NCBI GenBank assembly: GCA_963781585.1
Contig: CAWAGQ010000011.1
Coordinates: forward strand, 160,001 to 224,000
Origin: an uncultured Gemmatimonadaceae bacterium
Lineage (GTDB): Bacteria; Gemmatimonadota; Gemmatimonadetes; Gemmatimonadales; Gemmatimonadaceae
Direction of reading: 5' to 3'
DNA length: 64,000 nt
The position numbers and the translations under genes were made by a program. Position 1 is the stretch's first letter; every line of letters begins with the position of its first letter. Under the pieces are notes generated by a model. That model saw nothing but the letters and a program-made list of their open reading frames with translations, was not told the DNA's origin and ran no database searches. This document shows, in pieces, positions 1 to 10,726 of the stretch.

Positions 1-1519
1 CCGTGATCTCGATCGTGAGCCGGTCCCGCGGCTCCAGCGCGTCGGCCCCCACCAGCGACGCGATGTCCCGCAGCTCGCGCTCTCGCTGCAGCAGCGCCAT
101 CAGTTCGTTCCGCAACTCCGGCCAGTCGGGCCCTACCTCCGCCACGAACCACTGCGCGCAGGCGTCGGCGTAGAGCGAGTAGCTGGTGTCCCAGTTCACC
201 GCCGGGAAATGTCGCTGATGCGCCAGCGACGGGTCGAGCGCCCACAGCGCACCGGTCACCCGCAGCGCGGCCTGCGTGACCGGCTCCGAAAAGTCGCCGC
301 CCGGTGGCGAAATGGCGCTCACGATCGTCACGGCGCCGTCGCGCTCCGGCGCGCCTGACGCGCGCACCCGGCCGGCGCGCTCGAAGAACTGGCCGAGCCG
401 GGTTGCCAGGTAGGGCGGAAATCCCTCTTCCCCGGGCATCTCCTGCAGCCGGGCCGAGATCTCGCGCAACGCCTCCGCCCACCGCGACACACTGTCCACC
501 ATCATCGCCACCCGATACCCCATGTCGCGGAAATACTCCGCCACCGTGGCCCCGAGATAGATCGATGCCTCGCGCGCGGCCACCGGCATGTTCGACGTGT
601 TCACCACCAGCACCGCGCGGTCCATGATCGAGCGACCGGTCCGCGGATCCACCAGCTTCGGGAACTCCTCGAGCACCTCGGTCATCTCGTTGCCGCGCTC
701 ACCGCATCCCACGAACACGACCACATCGGCATCCGAGAACTTCGCCAGCGAATGCTCGATGACCGTCTTGCCGGTCCCGAAGCCGCCGGGCGCTGCGGCA
801 CTCGCCCCCTCCGCTACCGGGAAGAAGAAATCGAACACCCGCTGTCCGGTGATGAACGGCCGGTCGCCCGGAAGCCGGCGCGCGATGGGCCGGGGAATGC
901 GCACCGGCCACCGGTGCGCGAGCCGCAACGATGTCCCGTCCTGAAGCGCACCGATCTCCTCGTCCACCGAGAACTCGCCAGCGCGGAGTTCGACAATCGT
1001 CCCCGACACGTCCGGCGGCACGAGCACCCGATGCAGAAGTCCGGGGCGCTCGTCCACCGCCCCGAGCACGCACCCGCCGGTCACCTTGTCGCCGGCGGCC
1101 AGCGCCGGCTCGAAACGCCAGCGCTGCGCCCGGTCGAGCGTGTCCGCGCGCGCGCCGGGCGCGAGATAGTCGCCGGCAATCGCGGCCAGACGGTCAAGCG
1201 GCCGCCCCGTTCCGTCGAGAATGGACCCGATCAGTCCCGGGCCGAGCTGCGCGGTGAGCGTGCTCCGCGTCAGGCTCACCGGTTCGCCCAGCGCCAGCCC
1301 GCGTGTATCCTCGTAGACCTGGAGCGTCGCCGTGTCGCCGTCGAGGCGAATCACCTCACCCAGCAGCTTGCGTTCGCCCACCAGCGCCATCTCGTACAGA
1401 AACGCCTCACGCGCTGGCCGTGCCTCCACCAGCACCCCGGATATCCGTACCACGTGCGCCGTGCCCGACGCGGCCTTCACCGGGGCGCCGCCTGACGAGG
1501 GAACCGCCGGCGCGCTCAC
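1..1519 (-). CDS. ntpA: V/A-type ATP synthase subunit A (3' end runs off the window)
   Basis: Manual translation from GTG at 1519, overlapping the subunit F stop. Contains P-loop [58 protein letters not shown]. Absent from the ORF track because no stop lies in the window. Confidence 0.96.
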   Translation of the reverse strand, partial: MSAPAVPSSGGAPVKAASGTAHVVRISGVLVEARPAREAFLYEMALVGERKLLGEVIRLDGDTATLQVYEDTRGLALGEPVSLTRSTLTAQLGPGLIGSILDGTGRPLDRLAAIAGDYLAPGARADTLDRAQRWRFEPALAAGDKVTGGCVLGAVDERPGLLHRVLVPPDVSGTIVELRAGEFSVDEEIGALQDGTSLRLAHRWPVRIPRPIARRLPGDRPFITGQRVFDFFFPVAEGASAAAPGGFGTGKTVIEHSLAKFSDADVVVFVGCGERGNEMTEVLEEFPKLVDPRTGRSIMDRAVLVVNTSNMPVAAREASIYLGATVAEYFRDMGYRVAMMVDSVSRWAEALREISARLQEMPGEEGFPPYLATRLGQFFERAGRVRASGAPERDGAVTIVSAISPPGGDFSEPVTQAALRVTGALWALDPSLAHQRHFPAVNWDTSYSLYADACAQWFVAEVGPDWPELRNELMALLQRERELRDIASLVGADALEPRDRLTIEIT

Positions 1520-1842
1520 TGCAGCCTCACCCGGTAGCCGATGGCCCGGCGCAGCAACTCGAGCACGTAGGACTCCGCTCCCTCCGCCCGTTCCTCCCAG
1601 GCAGGAGCCGGGAAGGGCACGATCACCGGCATCGGCCGCGCCAGCAGTTCCTGCCGCTCGGCGTCCGGCATGGCGTCGAGCAGTCCCTGCTCCACGAGCA
1701 GCACCCCGACGTCGGAGCGGTCGGCGAACGCCTGGAGGAGCGCCGCTCCGTGGACGGCGTCGCTTGCCTCCGTGGTCGGGAGCCCCGCGAGCGAGAACCC
1801 CGTGCAGGCGGCCGGGCCGCCGATCACGCGCAGACCCGTCAT
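1516..1842 (-). CDS. ntpF: V/A-type ATP synthase subunit F
   Basis: ~108 aa starting MTGLRVIG...GFSLAG and ending LRRAIG; ATGA overlap with subunit C; operon position. Confidence 0.88.
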   Translation of the reverse strand: MTGLRVIGGPAACTGFSLAGLPTTEASDAVHGAALLQAFADRSDVGVLLVEQGLLDAMPDAERQELLARPMPVIVPFPAPAWEERAEGAESYVLELLRRAIGYRVRLQ

Positions 1843-2870
1843 ATGGTAGTGAGCAGATCGCCTGGTCCGGCCGCTGGCGCACCAAGCGCCACTCGCCAGA
1901 TGATGAGGCGCAGGTCGCGCAGTTCGGCGCGAAGTCGCAGCAAAAAGGCGACGAGCGGCGCCACCCCGAGCGGACTGCGACGCGCCGCGGCGATGGATTC
2001 GCGGAGCTGCGCGGACAGCGCCGCCGCCTCCCACGAACTGCGACGCGCGGCGCTCAGCACGCCGGAGAGGGCACCCCCGCGGAAGAAACGCTCCAGCACC
2101 GCCTCGGCGGCTGGAACGTCAGGCGAGCGCGCGGCGGCGATAAACGACGCCTGATCAAGGCCCCGCCCGCCGGGGATGAAGAACGACGCGGGATCGACAC
2201 TCGTCGGTTCGGCTGCGAGCTGCACGACGGTCCATGTGTTCTCCACGTCGATGCCGCGGCGCACGAATGCCTCCAGGTCGCGCCGCGCGCCATCGGCCCG
2301 TGGAGCCCGGTGCACTGCGCGAAGGGCTGTCGCCGCGTAGCAACGGTTCACCGTCAGTTCGAGACGCAGCAGGTCGGGATGTGGCGCCCGCGATTCCGGG
2401 AGCAGCGGCTGCCCGAACGGATGTCCCCATACCGAGAGCAATGCGGCCACCTGGCCCACCGATGCCTGACGAGCGAGTTCCTGGAGCGCGCGTTCCGGCA
2501 GCGCCGGCGTGGCCACCAGCCCCGCCATGCGTTCCCCCTCGGGCCTGCCGGCCGCGGCGCCCCGCAGCATGGCACGCACGCTGCGCCGGTCCTCGTCGAG
2601 AAAGATCGGCGCCAGCAACGGCGCGCGGTCGCCGCTCCAGCGGGCGATGATGTGGAGATACCCGGCGGCGGTGCGACGCTCCGCCAGCTCGAGGCGCTCG
2701 GGTCCGGGCGCGACTTCCTCGAGGAGCACCTCACTCCGGGCTTCAGCGAAGGCCCTGGCGAGCTGCGGGAGATCACGAGCGTGCGCAAACGCGGCGAGTC
2801 TGGCGTGCCCCAGCAGATGCGTCGTCAGGCCACGCACCCGCGCCGCGATATCCTCCCAGCCACGTCTCAC
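1839..2870 (-). CDS. ntpC: V/A-type ATP synthase subunit C (AC39/d)
   Basis: 343 aa; ARVRG N-terminus, DVEN and FIPGG motifs, ELRDLRLI near the C-terminus; lies between E and F. Confidence 0.85.
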   Translation of the reverse strand: MRRGWEDIAARVRGLTTHLLGHARLAAFAHARDLPQLARAFAEARSEVLLEEVAPGPERLELAERRTAAGYLHIIARWSGDRAPLLAPIFLDEDRRSVRAMLRGAAAGRPEGERMAGLVATPALPERALQELARQASVGQVAALLSVWGHPFGQPLLPESRAPHPDLLRLELTVNRCYAATALRAVHRAPRADGARRDLEAFVRRGIDVENTWTVVQLAAEPTSVDPASFFIPGGRGLDQASFIAAARSPDVPAAEAVLERFFRGGALSGVLSAARRSSWEAAALSAQLRESIAAARRSPLGVAPLVAFLLRLRAELRDLRLIIWRVALGAPAAGPGDLLTTI

Positions 2871-3451
2871 GGCGTCACGCCGGCGCGCGCCAGCAGCGCG
2901 ATCGACAGTGCCGGGCGGAGGCGGCGCACACGCTGCACGAGAGTGTTGTCCACTCGCATCGATCCGTCTCCCGCCTCGAGCACGACCCCCGCGGCGACCG
3001 ACTCATCGATCTCGACATGCGCCGAGCGCGATCCGCCAAGTGCCGCGCGAACAGCGGGAACGAGTACAGCCGGACACCGCGCCACGAGCCCCGCATCCGG
3101 GAAGAATCCGGCGGCCTCGCGAACCAATGCGTCGACAACAGCCGTTCCCTCCGGTTCGGTGACCGCCCTAGCGAGTCGTGCCTCCACTCCGTCGAAGACG
3201 CGGTCGAGGAATCGCTGTCGAGCCTCCAGTACGCGCACGCGTGCCTCGTGCACGGCATGCGCACGCTCCGCGTCCGCCTGCCGGGCGAGCTCCGAATCAC
3301 GCGCCGCGACTGCCGCCTCGCATCGTTGCTCCACCAGCGCCGCCGCGTCGCCACCGATGCGCCCGGCTTCGGCGCGCGCAGCCTCCAGAATTGCGCGCAC
3401 CTCATTGTCCGCGTCGCGCGCCAGCGACTCCAGCAGGGTGTCGAGCGCCAT
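2867..3451 (-). CDS. ntpE: V/A-type ATP synthase subunit E
   Basis: 194 aa; N-terminal coiled coil MALDTLLESL..., C-terminal GVVLEAGDGSMRVDNTL. Confidence 0.88.
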   Translation of the reverse strand: MALDTLLESLARDADNEVRAILEAARAEAGRIGGDAAALVEQRCEAAVAARDSELARQADAERAHAVHEARVRVLEARQRFLDRVFDGVEARLARAVTEPEGTAVVDALVREAAGFFPDAGLVARCPAVLVPAVRAALGGSRSAHVEIDESVAAGVVLEAGDGSMRVDNTLVQRVRRLRPALSIALLARAGVTP

Positions 3452-3461
3452 CCGCCCGGTC

Positions 3462-3680
3462 TCAGCCGCCGCGCAGGATCATCATCATCGCGACCACGAA
3501 TCCCAGAATGGTCATCGTCTCGGGAATGGCCACCAGGATGACGATCGTGTTGGTGAGCTCCGGCTTCTCCGCCAGCGTCGCCGCGCCGGCCGCACCGATG
3601 CGCGACTGCGCCCAGGCGGTGGCGATGGCCGAAATGGCCATGACCAGCGCCGCGGCCAGGGGAATCCACATCGTAGTCAT
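3462..3680 (-). CDS. ntpK: V/A-type ATP synthase proteolipid subunit K/c
   Basis: 72 aa two-helix hairpin; AQSRIG...AEKPE...IPET with the ion-binding Glu. Confidence 0.92.
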   Translation of the reverse strand: MTTMWIPLAAALVMAISAIATAWAQSRIGAAGAATLAEKPELTNTIVILVAIPETMTILGFVVAMMMILRGG

Positions 3681-3699
3681 GCACGCTCCAGCGCAAAGG

Positions 3700-5595
3700 T
3701 CATTTCGAACTCACCGACGGCGTGGGCCGCCAGTGCGCCAACGGCTGATACGGTCGTCCACCCGGACTGTAGAACTTCCCGAAGAACTCCACGTAATGCA
3801 GTCGCAACGCATGGATCGTCGGACTGAAGATCCCGATCGCGAAATTCACGAGGTGAAAGAGCAGGGCGAACAGAAACCCCACCACCGTACTGCCGACGGC
3901 GCCGGCCATGCGATTGGCGACCACCGCCAGCATCACACTCGCCACGCCGAGTGCCATCACGCGCGCGTAGGACAGGATGTTTCCGAGCGTCGAGAGAAAC
4001 TCCACCGGCGCGATGATGCCTTCAACCGCCACCAGCAGCGGGAACGCGACCAGCAGAGCCACCACGCTCGGCGTGAGGAAGGCGCGCGGCAGGACTTCCA
4101 GCGCGGCGAGCAACGACAGGACGATCAGGACGACCATCACCGCCGATACGCCGTTGCCGATGGCGTGTCGGCGTTCGTGACGCCAACGCGTCAGCGCGCC
4201 GAGTACCAGGCCGAGTACGATGTGCACCACCCCCAGGCCGACCGCCACCAGCAGAAACGCGAACAGCGCCTCCTCGCGATCGAACAGGATCGCACGCATG
4301 CCGAACGCATGTCGACCGAAGTCGCCGAAGAATTCGCCGAACAGCACGCCGCACACGATCGCGACTGCCGCGCACGGACCCATGATCTCCGCCGCTGTGC
4401 GCGCAAACGAGCCCGGCTTGGCACGGGCGTGCAGTACCAGTCCGAGTGCGACGAGAATCAGCCCGTATCCCACGTCTCCGAGAATCAGCCCGAAGAACAC
4501 CGGGAAGAAGACGCCGACGAACGGCGTCGGATCGATCGATCCATAACGAGGCAGCGGCATCATCCGCACCAGGGACTCGAACGGACGGAACAGGCGCGGA
4601 TTGGTGAGAACCACCGGCGCGTCCTGTCCAACCCAGTCCTCGGTGGCCAGTTCTTCCACCGCGACCAGAGGGCCGAGGGTCTTCGACAGCAGCTCCAGCA
4701 GCCGCGCTTTGTGAATCTCCGGCACCCATCCGTCGATGGCGAACAGCCGCGCGGTGGTGCCGCAGTGTGCGAACGCGTCGAGCGTCGTGAGCGCGTCGTG
4801 GGCCGCTACCCGCGCGCGCTCCAGCTCGGGGCCATCCTCGCGCGCAATAGCGCGTAATGCGCGAGCCGCTTCCCCTTCCTCGCGCGGGATGGCGCCGAGC
4901 CGCGCCATCATCATCGGCACTGCCTCGGTCAGCGACCGCGCGCGGAACTCGGAAGGAAGCGGCACCTCGGGAAGTCGAGCCTCGGTGAGCATTCGCTCGA
5001 TCTTCTCGGCCGACCGCGCCGGCATCACGATCAGCACGACGATGTCTCCGCTGCGCAGCGGCTGCATGGTCACCGCCAGATCGCCGTTCCCGCGGGCCCG
5101 CATGGCGGCGATCACCTCCTCGGCCGCCGATCGCTCCGCGGCCGGGATCACCACCGCGTGCGTAACCACCCGTGGCATCCGCGCGAGCTTCTTCAGTTGC
5201 GGTCCCAGCGCGTCCAGGAGCTCCCGATACCGCTGGATGAGGGCCCGCTCCTCCCGAAGCCGCACCTGCGAGGCGAGCAGCTCGGCGACGCGCCCGCGGA
5301 CCCGGAGGGCACGCCGCGCCCATCGCGCCAGGTCCGACACCTCCGCCGGCGCGGCCGCGGGTGCCATCTCCTGATGAAACCCGAGGGCTTCCAGCGAGAA
5401 CTGGATGTCATCCACCAGTCGAACGAGCTGACGACGCCGTCGCAGATCGCGCGGCGAAAGAGCCATTGGTGCCAGAGGCTCGTGCGGCGTACTCTCCGCC
5501 AGGTGCAGCAGACCAAAGTCCTGCAGCACGCGCAGCGTTTCGGCCAGGCGTTCGCGCGCCCCGACCACGCGGATCTTCGCCATGCGCACGATCAC
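3700..5595 (-). CDS. ntpI: V/A-type ATP synthase subunit I (a)
   Basis: 631 aa; soluble N-terminus, IDPTP, GDVGYG, LSYARVMAL (essential Arg), HALRLHYVEFFGKFY. Confidence 0.95.
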   Translation of the reverse strand: MIVRMAKIRVVGARERLAETLRVLQDFGLLHLAESTPHEPLAPMALSPRDLRRRRQLVRLVDDIQFSLEALGFHQEMAPAAAPAEVSDLARWARRALRVRGRVAELLASQVRLREERALIQRYRELLDALGPQLKKLARMPRVVTHAVVIPAAERSAAEEVIAAMRARGNGDLAVTMQPLRSGDIVVLIVMPARSAEKIERMLTEARLPEVPLPSEFRARSLTEAVPMMMARLGAIPREEGEAARALRAIAREDGPELERARVAAHDALTTLDAFAHCGTTARLFAIDGWVPEIHKARLLELLSKTLGPLVAVEELATEDWVGQDAPVVLTNPRLFRPFESLVRMMPLPRYGSIDPTPFVGVFFPVFFGLILGDVGYGLILVALGLVLHARAKPGSFARTAAEIMGPCAAVAIVCGVLFGEFFGDFGRHAFGMRAILFDREEALFAFLLVAVGLGVVHIVLGLVLGALTRWRHERRHAIGNGVSAVMVVLIVLSLLAALEVLPRAFLTPSVVALLVAFPLLVAVEGIIAPVEFLSTLGNILSYARVMALGVASVMLAVVANRMAGAVGSTVVGFLFALLFHLVNFAIGIFSPTIHALRLHYVEFFGKFYSPGGRPYQPLAHWRPTPSVSSK

Positions 5596-5963
5596 GTGGT
5601 TGGCTCCGGGCCCTCGATCCGCAGCACTCGCTCCACCACGAAGTCCACCAGCCCGGCTATCCCGGCCTCATCCCACGCGGCGAAATCGGCTGCCCGGCGA
5701 TCGGCATCGCCCACGATTTCAGCCAGCGCTGCGCGAAGGCTCTCTCCACGCCGCGACTCCAGCAGCCGGATGCGCTCTTCTATGGTTGAGGCACAGGCGT
5801 GGTCGGCCAGTCCCGCCGCGTCCCGCGCGCGGCGCACGATCTCCCCGGCTTCATCACGTGCCGCATCGAGGCGCGCCGCGAGGCGATCCTCTGCCTCCAG
5901 CAGCGTCGCGAGCATGTCGTCGGGCGTATCCGTCGTGCTGCCCTTCTGCTTCTCGTGCCGCAT
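5592..5963 (-). CDS. Probable V/A-type ATP synthase peripheral stalk subunit G/H
   Basis: Ala/Glu/Arg coiled-coil ORF at the head of the operon; GGAG RBS before ATG at 5963; stop overlaps the subunit I start. Confidence 0.7.
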   Translation of the reverse strand: MRHEKQKGSTTDTPDDMLATLLEAEDRLAARLDAARDEAGEIVRRARDAAGLADHACASTIEERIRLLESRRGESLRAALAEIVGDADRRAADFAAWDEAGIAGLVDFVVERVLRIEGPEPTT

Positions 5964-6132
5964 GCTCCTCCCGAACGCGGGGGCGGGGGCGGGGCGGACG
6001 CGACCGACGACGCAGCCACACCGCATGCTGACGGTGAGCCCGCCGCAGCACCTTCGAGCGGACGCTACTCCGCCCCGGGAGCACTGAATAGGCGGGGAAA
6101 GGCTCCGACGTGTCGGGTAAAGCCGGACAGGT

Positions 6133-8676
6133 TCAGAACTTCGCGCGGACGCCGAGGCTGAGCGTGCGACCCGGGACGACAGTCACGTTGTCGGGTTCGC
6201 CGCGCTGCTGGCCCAGCAGATTGTCCCCTGTGAGGACGAGAGAGAAGCCACGCAACAAGTCGCGGGAGAGGCTCGCTCTCAACCGCGTCACTCCGCTGTA
6301 GTCGATCCAGTAGGAGCGCAGAAGCGCTCCCGTGAACTGGCCGGCGCCGCCCTGGGCCGTGGCGAGGTTCTGCGCCAGCGAAAGCCGATCATAGTTGATC
6401 CAGTTGGCGGCCCTGGTCACGCTCCAGGATGTCAGCCAATGCGTGCCGCGCCAACTGGCGGACAGACTGGTTGTGCGCGCGGGCACTTCGAGCATCCGGT
6501 CGCCCGGCCGAAGGTCTCCAGTGTAGCCGGCGGCGATGCGCTGGACCCGGCTGTCCACCAGCGACAGCGCCCCTGAAAGGGAAAGCCGGCCCAGATCGGC
6601 CGTGCTCTGAAACTCCCAACCGCGGTTGGCGACCTGCCCCATGTTCTGCAACTGATACCACACGTGCTGACCCTGCGTGGGCGTTCCCGACTGCGGGTCC
6701 GCGGTGACGGCAACGGACTGAATGAGCCCGGAGGCGTGCTGGTCGAAGCGCGTCACCTTGAGGGAGAGTGTCCTTCCGATCAGGATGTCGGTCCCGACCT
6801 CGATACCGGATTGCGTTTCCGGCTCCAGTTCGGGATCCCCGTTGTCGTCGCCGCTTCCCCTCCAGAGCATCCGGTGAAGTGGTGTCTGCGGCGGGCGAAT
6901 GCCCTTGCCGTAGGCGGCCCGCAGCTTCACCGTCACCGGCCCGCGATCCTTCACGTACGCAATCCCGAGCACGGGGAGTGTCGCCCACTGTGCCTCGTCG
7001 GTGTAGCCGCTGTTCCGCTCGAGCCGCAACCCGCTGGTCAGGAACCAGGTGTTGTGAATCGCGAGGCTGGTCTGCGCCACGAGTCCGGTCGTGTTACGCC
7101 ACGACACGGCGCGAGCCGGCGCGGCGGAGAACATCGGACCCAGGTCGGCAACGGTCGCTTCACGGAGGGTCGACTGTTCGGCAGTCAGCGTCACCCTGGC
7201 CGATGTCCTCTCGGGTGCGCCAAACCGTGCCACGCTGCTCAGACGCACGGTGCCCCGGTCGGCGCCCCCCCGCGCCGCCCGCAGCGCCGAGTCGGTGGCC
7301 GAGGGGATCGGTCCGTTGTCGAAGGCGACGTTCGTGAGACGATAGCCGTCGATTCCGAGCACCACGATGTGCGTCCAGCGGCTGCCGGCGAGCAGGGTCC
7401 CGGTGGTGCCTAACGTGTATTCCCGCACCGCCTGCGGCCCGGCGGGGTTGGGCGTGCCTGACGACTCCATCGAGTCCCCGGGCGGTCGCTCCAGATCATC
7501 GTACGTCCGGCGGGTGGACTGGGAATGCGACGCAAACCATGCCGCCAGCACCGGACTCGGCGCCGTACCGGCGCGCTCGTCGAAAAACCGGGCCGACCCC
7601 GTCAGACTGCCGTGCGCGCCGATCAGTCGAGTCGTGCCGTTCAGGCTGAGGTACCGGCTGTTTCCGTCGGCCACGAAGTTCCCCATGCTGCCGACCGTCA
7701 TGTCCAGATCGGCCGACCGCAGGCTGTTCCCTGCCCGGAGCGACAGCGCGTGATCCTGCACCAGCACACCAAGCGGCGAGAAGGCGCTGCGCGACACCCC
7801 CGCGCTGGTACGCAGCGTGGCACGCGGCTCGTCCGGCGACACGCCGTCGTGACGGGTCACGACGTTGATGACGCCGCTGACCGCGTCCGCCCCGTACAGC
7901 GCGGCGCCCTGCGGGCCACGAATCACCTCCACACGCTCCAGCGCTTCGGGATTGAACTGGGTCAGGAGAAGCGGATTGGCCACCTCGATGCCGTCGATGT
8001 ACACCTTTGGATAGTTCACGCCAAACGAGCTGGCGCCGCGGATACTCGCGTATCGTGACACCAGGCTCGCCGGGGACTGCTCCCAGACCCAGACGCCGGG
8101 AACGACGCCGTCGAGGGCATGCGAAAAATTGTCGGCGTCGCGCTGCTGCATCTCGCGCGAAGACACCACGTCCAGCAACATGGTGCGCGCGCGCTCGGTC
8201 GTGCCGGTCGTGCTTCCGGTGACCACTACGCGGTCGAGCGCCTCAGCCGATCGTGGCGGTGCCGCGGTCGCCCCGCTGTCGGGACGCGCGCGTCGCGGCG
8301 CGAGCACGACCTGGTCCGGACCAACGGCAACCGGCGTCACCGCCGCCCCGTCCAGGAAGCGCTGGAGTACGTCGCCCACCTGCGCCTTGACGAAATCGCC
8401 GCACACGCGTCGATCGAGCTCCAGCAACTCCGAGGAGTACGAGAAGCGGATGTGCGACGTGGCGCTCAGATGGTCGAGCGCGCTGCGCAGCGAGGTCGCG
8501 CCCACGTGCAGGGAAACGAGCCGGTCGAGCGGCGGAAGCCACTGGCGCGATTCCGCAGCCGAATGCTGCCCGCAGGGTTGGAGGGCGCGCGCCGTTCCCG
8601 GCGCCGCGGCCGCACCGACCGCGACGACGCAGGCAATGAACAGGCGAGGTCGGCCGGGATGGCCGACCCGCCTCAC
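6133..8676 (-). CDS. TonB-dependent receptor/transducer with N-terminal signalling (STN-like) domain
   Basis: GTG at 8676 overlaps the FecR stop. Signal peptide, SLRSALDHL..RFSYS STN-like segment, TonB box LDRVVVTG, plug ERVEVIRGPQGAALYGADAVSGVIN, C-terminal Phe. Confidence 0.88.
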   Translation of the reverse strand: MRRVGHPGRPRLFIACVVAVGAAAAPGTARALQPCGQHSAAESRQWLPPLDRLVSLHVGATSLRSALDHLSATSHIRFSYSSELLELDRRVCGDFVKAQVGDVLQRFLDGAAVTPVAVGPDQVVLAPRRARPDSGATAAPPRSAEALDRVVVTGSTTGTTERARTMLLDVVSSREMQQRDADNFSHALDGVVPGVWVWEQSPASLVSRYASIRGASSFGVNYPKVYIDGIEVANPLLLTQFNPEALERVEVIRGPQGAALYGADAVSGVINVVTRHDGVSPDEPRATLRTSAGVSRSAFSPLGVLVQDHALSLRAGNSLRSADLDMTVGSMGNFVADGNSRYLSLNGTTRLIGAHGSLTGSARFFDERAGTAPSPVLAAWFASHSQSTRRTYDDLERPPGDSMESSGTPNPAGPQAVREYTLGTTGTLLAGSRWTHIVVLGIDGYRLTNVAFDNGPIPSATDSALRAARGGADRGTVRLSSVARFGAPERTSARVTLTAEQSTLREATVADLGPMFSAAPARAVSWRNTTGLVAQTSLAIHNTWFLTSGLRLERNSGYTDEAQWATLPVLGIAYVKDRGPVTVKLRAAYGKGIRPPQTPLHRMLWRGSGDDNGDPELEPETQSGIEVGTDILIGRTLSLKVTRFDQHASGLIQSVAVTADPQSGTPTQGQHVWYQLQNMGQVANRGWEFQSTADLGRLSLSGALSLVDSRVQRIAAGYTGDLRPGDRMLEVPARTTSLSASWRGTHWLTSWSVTRAANWINYDRLSLAQNLATAQGGAGQFTGALLRSYWIDYSGVTRLRASLSRDLLRGFSLVLTGDNLLGQQRGEPDNVTVVPGRTLSLGVRAKF

Positions 8677-9821
8677 TGCGGACCTCCTTTGGCGTGGATG
8701 ATCGCCGTGTCGCCGCGATGCTCCACCCGGGCTCCGAGCGCGAGCGCGACGTTCTGCAGCACTCGCTCCAGTGGTTCGCCGGTGAAGGTCATGGTCAGGT
8801 GACGCGATTCGAGGCTGGTGTCGGCAACCCGTACATCTACGCCGTACCATCGCCGCAGTTCCGAGCGCACCTCCGCCATCGTTGCCTCCCGGAACACCAG
8901 CCGCCCGGCGGTCCACGCGAAATCGTCGCTCGATGCCGCGCCCCTCTGCGCCACCACCCCCCCGTCGCGCGCGAGCACGCCGACGTCCGAATCGTGCAGA
9001 ACCACTCCGCGGTCCGCTGGTGCTCCGGCAGGTGAGAAAAGAACGGCTCCGGATCGCATTGCCACCCGGATTTCCGCGCCATCCTCCGATCGTACGCTGA
9101 AGCTGGTGCCCACGTCGCGAATGATCGCCCTCCCCACGTGCACCGTGAAGCCATGGGCGTCGTCATGCCGCACGTCGAAGAAGGCCTCGCCGGCAAGCGT
9201 CACCTCCCGCGCCGGGTCGCCGAAACGCTGCGCCACCTCGAGCCGGCTGCGTGGCCCGAGCACCACCAGGCTGCCGTCGGCCAGGTGCACGGAATCGCGC
9301 TCGCCTATGGCCGTCTCGTAGCTTCGTGTCAGCGCCGCGCGCAACGGGCCGCCGTCCGCCTGGCCGCGTCGCCGACCCACGCTGTTCCAGAGCAGGGTAC
9401 TCCCGGCGATGACGCCCACGAGCGCGGCCGCACGCAACGCGCCGTGCCGCCACCACGGCACGGGAGCGCGGAGCGGCACGTGCGTCCGCGGACGCACCGA
9501 ATCGTTCCGGTGCACGGCGACCCGGTGCAAAGCTGTCTCGACATCTCCCTCCCCGGCGACATCCCGGCGCAGCGCCACGCGGTGGAGCGCACCCTCGATG
9601 TCGATCTCCTCGGTGGCCACATTACCCACCCGATCGAGGATCCCATCGAGCGCGCCCACCAGCTCGGCATCAGCCGGATGAGCATCGAGCCAGGCGCGGA
9701 CCCGAGCTGTCTCGTCCGGCGGGCTCTCCTCAGCCAGAAACCGGGCAAGCATCTCCCAATCCGGAGTGCCGAGCGGCGACATCCTGGGGGGCGGTCCTTC
9801 AGGAGGGGGGGAGGCGGTCAT
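8673..9821 (-). CDS. FecR-family anti-sigma / signal transducer
   Basis: Single TM; TAIGER..HLADGSLVVLGPRS, LAGEAFFDVRHD, DVGTSFSV, WTAGRLVF. Confidence 0.92.
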   Translation of the reverse strand: MTASPPPEGPPPRMSPLGTPDWEMLARFLAEESPPDETARVRAWLDAHPADAELVGALDGILDRVGNVATEEIDIEGALHRVALRRDVAGEGDVETALHRVAVHRNDSVRPRTHVPLRAPVPWWRHGALRAAALVGVIAGSTLLWNSVGRRRGQADGGPLRAALTRSYETAIGERDSVHLADGSLVVLGPRSRLEVAQRFGDPAREVTLAGEAFFDVRHDDAHGFTVHVGRAIIRDVGTSFSVRSEDGAEIRVAMRSGAVLFSPAGAPADRGVVLHDSDVGVLARDGGVVAQRGAASSDDFAWTAGRLVFREATMAEVRSELRRWYGVDVRVADTSLESRHLTMTFTGEPLERVLQNVALALGARVEHRGDTAIIHAKGGPQ

Positions 9822-9924
9822 GCTATACCTATATACAGCCAGCCGCGGTCGTACCCTACGTTTCGCATTCTGCTCCGCCGCCCGGCGCCTGTAGTCGGAA
9901 GAGGGGAGGGGAGGGGTTGGTCCT

Positions 9925-10037
9925 TCGGCCTCTGGCCTTTGACTTCTGGCCTTTGACCTCTGGCCTTTGACCTCTGGCCTTTGACCTCTGGCCTTTTGGC
10001 CTCTGGCCTCTGGCCTCTGGCCTACAACCTTTGGCCT
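9925..10037. repeat. Degenerate heptamer tandem repeat (TGGCCTC/TGGCCTT/TGACCTC; 14-bp period TCTGGCCTTTGACC)
   Basis: Directly visible between divergent fecR and the sigma gene. Confidence 0.9.
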
Positions 10038-10105
10038 CCTACAGGAGTATCAGATCGCGCCTTTCGTTCAGCCAGTCGTTCTCCTTTGCCCGCCGCCGAC
10101 CGCGA

Positions 10106-10657
10106 ATGACCGACGAGGAGCAGTTCCAGCGCTTGCGTGACGGCGATTCGGCGGCTTTCGAGGAGATCTTTCGCACGTCATACGCGGCGCTTGTGGGAAG
10201 CGCGGAACGAATCGTACGCAGTCGCGCGCAAGCCGAGGAGATCGTGCAGGACGTGATGCTCGAATTGTGGCGCCGCCGTGAAACGCTCGCTCCGCATGGA
10301 TCGCCACAGGCATATCTCTTCCAATCGGTTCGCAACCGGGCGCTGAACGAGGTCCGTCACCAGCGGGTGGAGCGCCGCAACGAGCCGCACCTGTCACTCG
10401 AGCTCGCGCGACACGCCGGTGCCGACTCTGGCGCGATTGAAGAGGAGATCGAAGCGGCACTGCACGACGCGATCGTATCGTTGCCCCCGAAATGCCGCCA
10501 GGTATTCGAGATGAGTCGCGTACGCGGTTTGCGATACGCCGAGATCGCCCAGATCCTGGGGGTCTCGGTAAAGGCAGTGGAAGCGCACATGGGGCGTGCC
10601 CTGCGCACCATGCGCGAGCGTCTCGCGCCATGGCTGCCGGACGGGGAGGCGTTGTGA
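10106..10657 (+). CDS. ECF RNA polymerase sigma-70 factor (FecI-like)
   Basis: AEEIVQDV..LW, YLFQSVRNRALN, LPPKCRQVF, YAEIAQILGVSVKAVEAHM; divergent from fecR. Confidence 0.93.
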   Translation: MTDEEQFQRLRDGDSAAFEEIFRTSYAALVGSAERIVRSRAQAEEIVQDVMLELWRRRETLAPHGSPQAYLFQSVRNRALNEVRHQRVERRNEPHLSLELARHAGADSGAIEEEIEAALHDAIVSLPPKCRQVFEMSRVRGLRYAEIAQILGVSVKAVEAHMGRALRTMRERLAPWLPDGEAL

Positions 10658-10726
10658 GTGGGAGAGGGTGCGCCGCCACATGACCAGGCAATCACGAATG
10701 TGCGCCGGCAGTGGGGCTGATACGAC

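Noticed and set aside
1332..4857. 831-aa and 559-aa plus-strand ORFs
   Set aside because: Antisense to the V-ATPase genes, with Arg/Pro/Ala-rich shadow composition.
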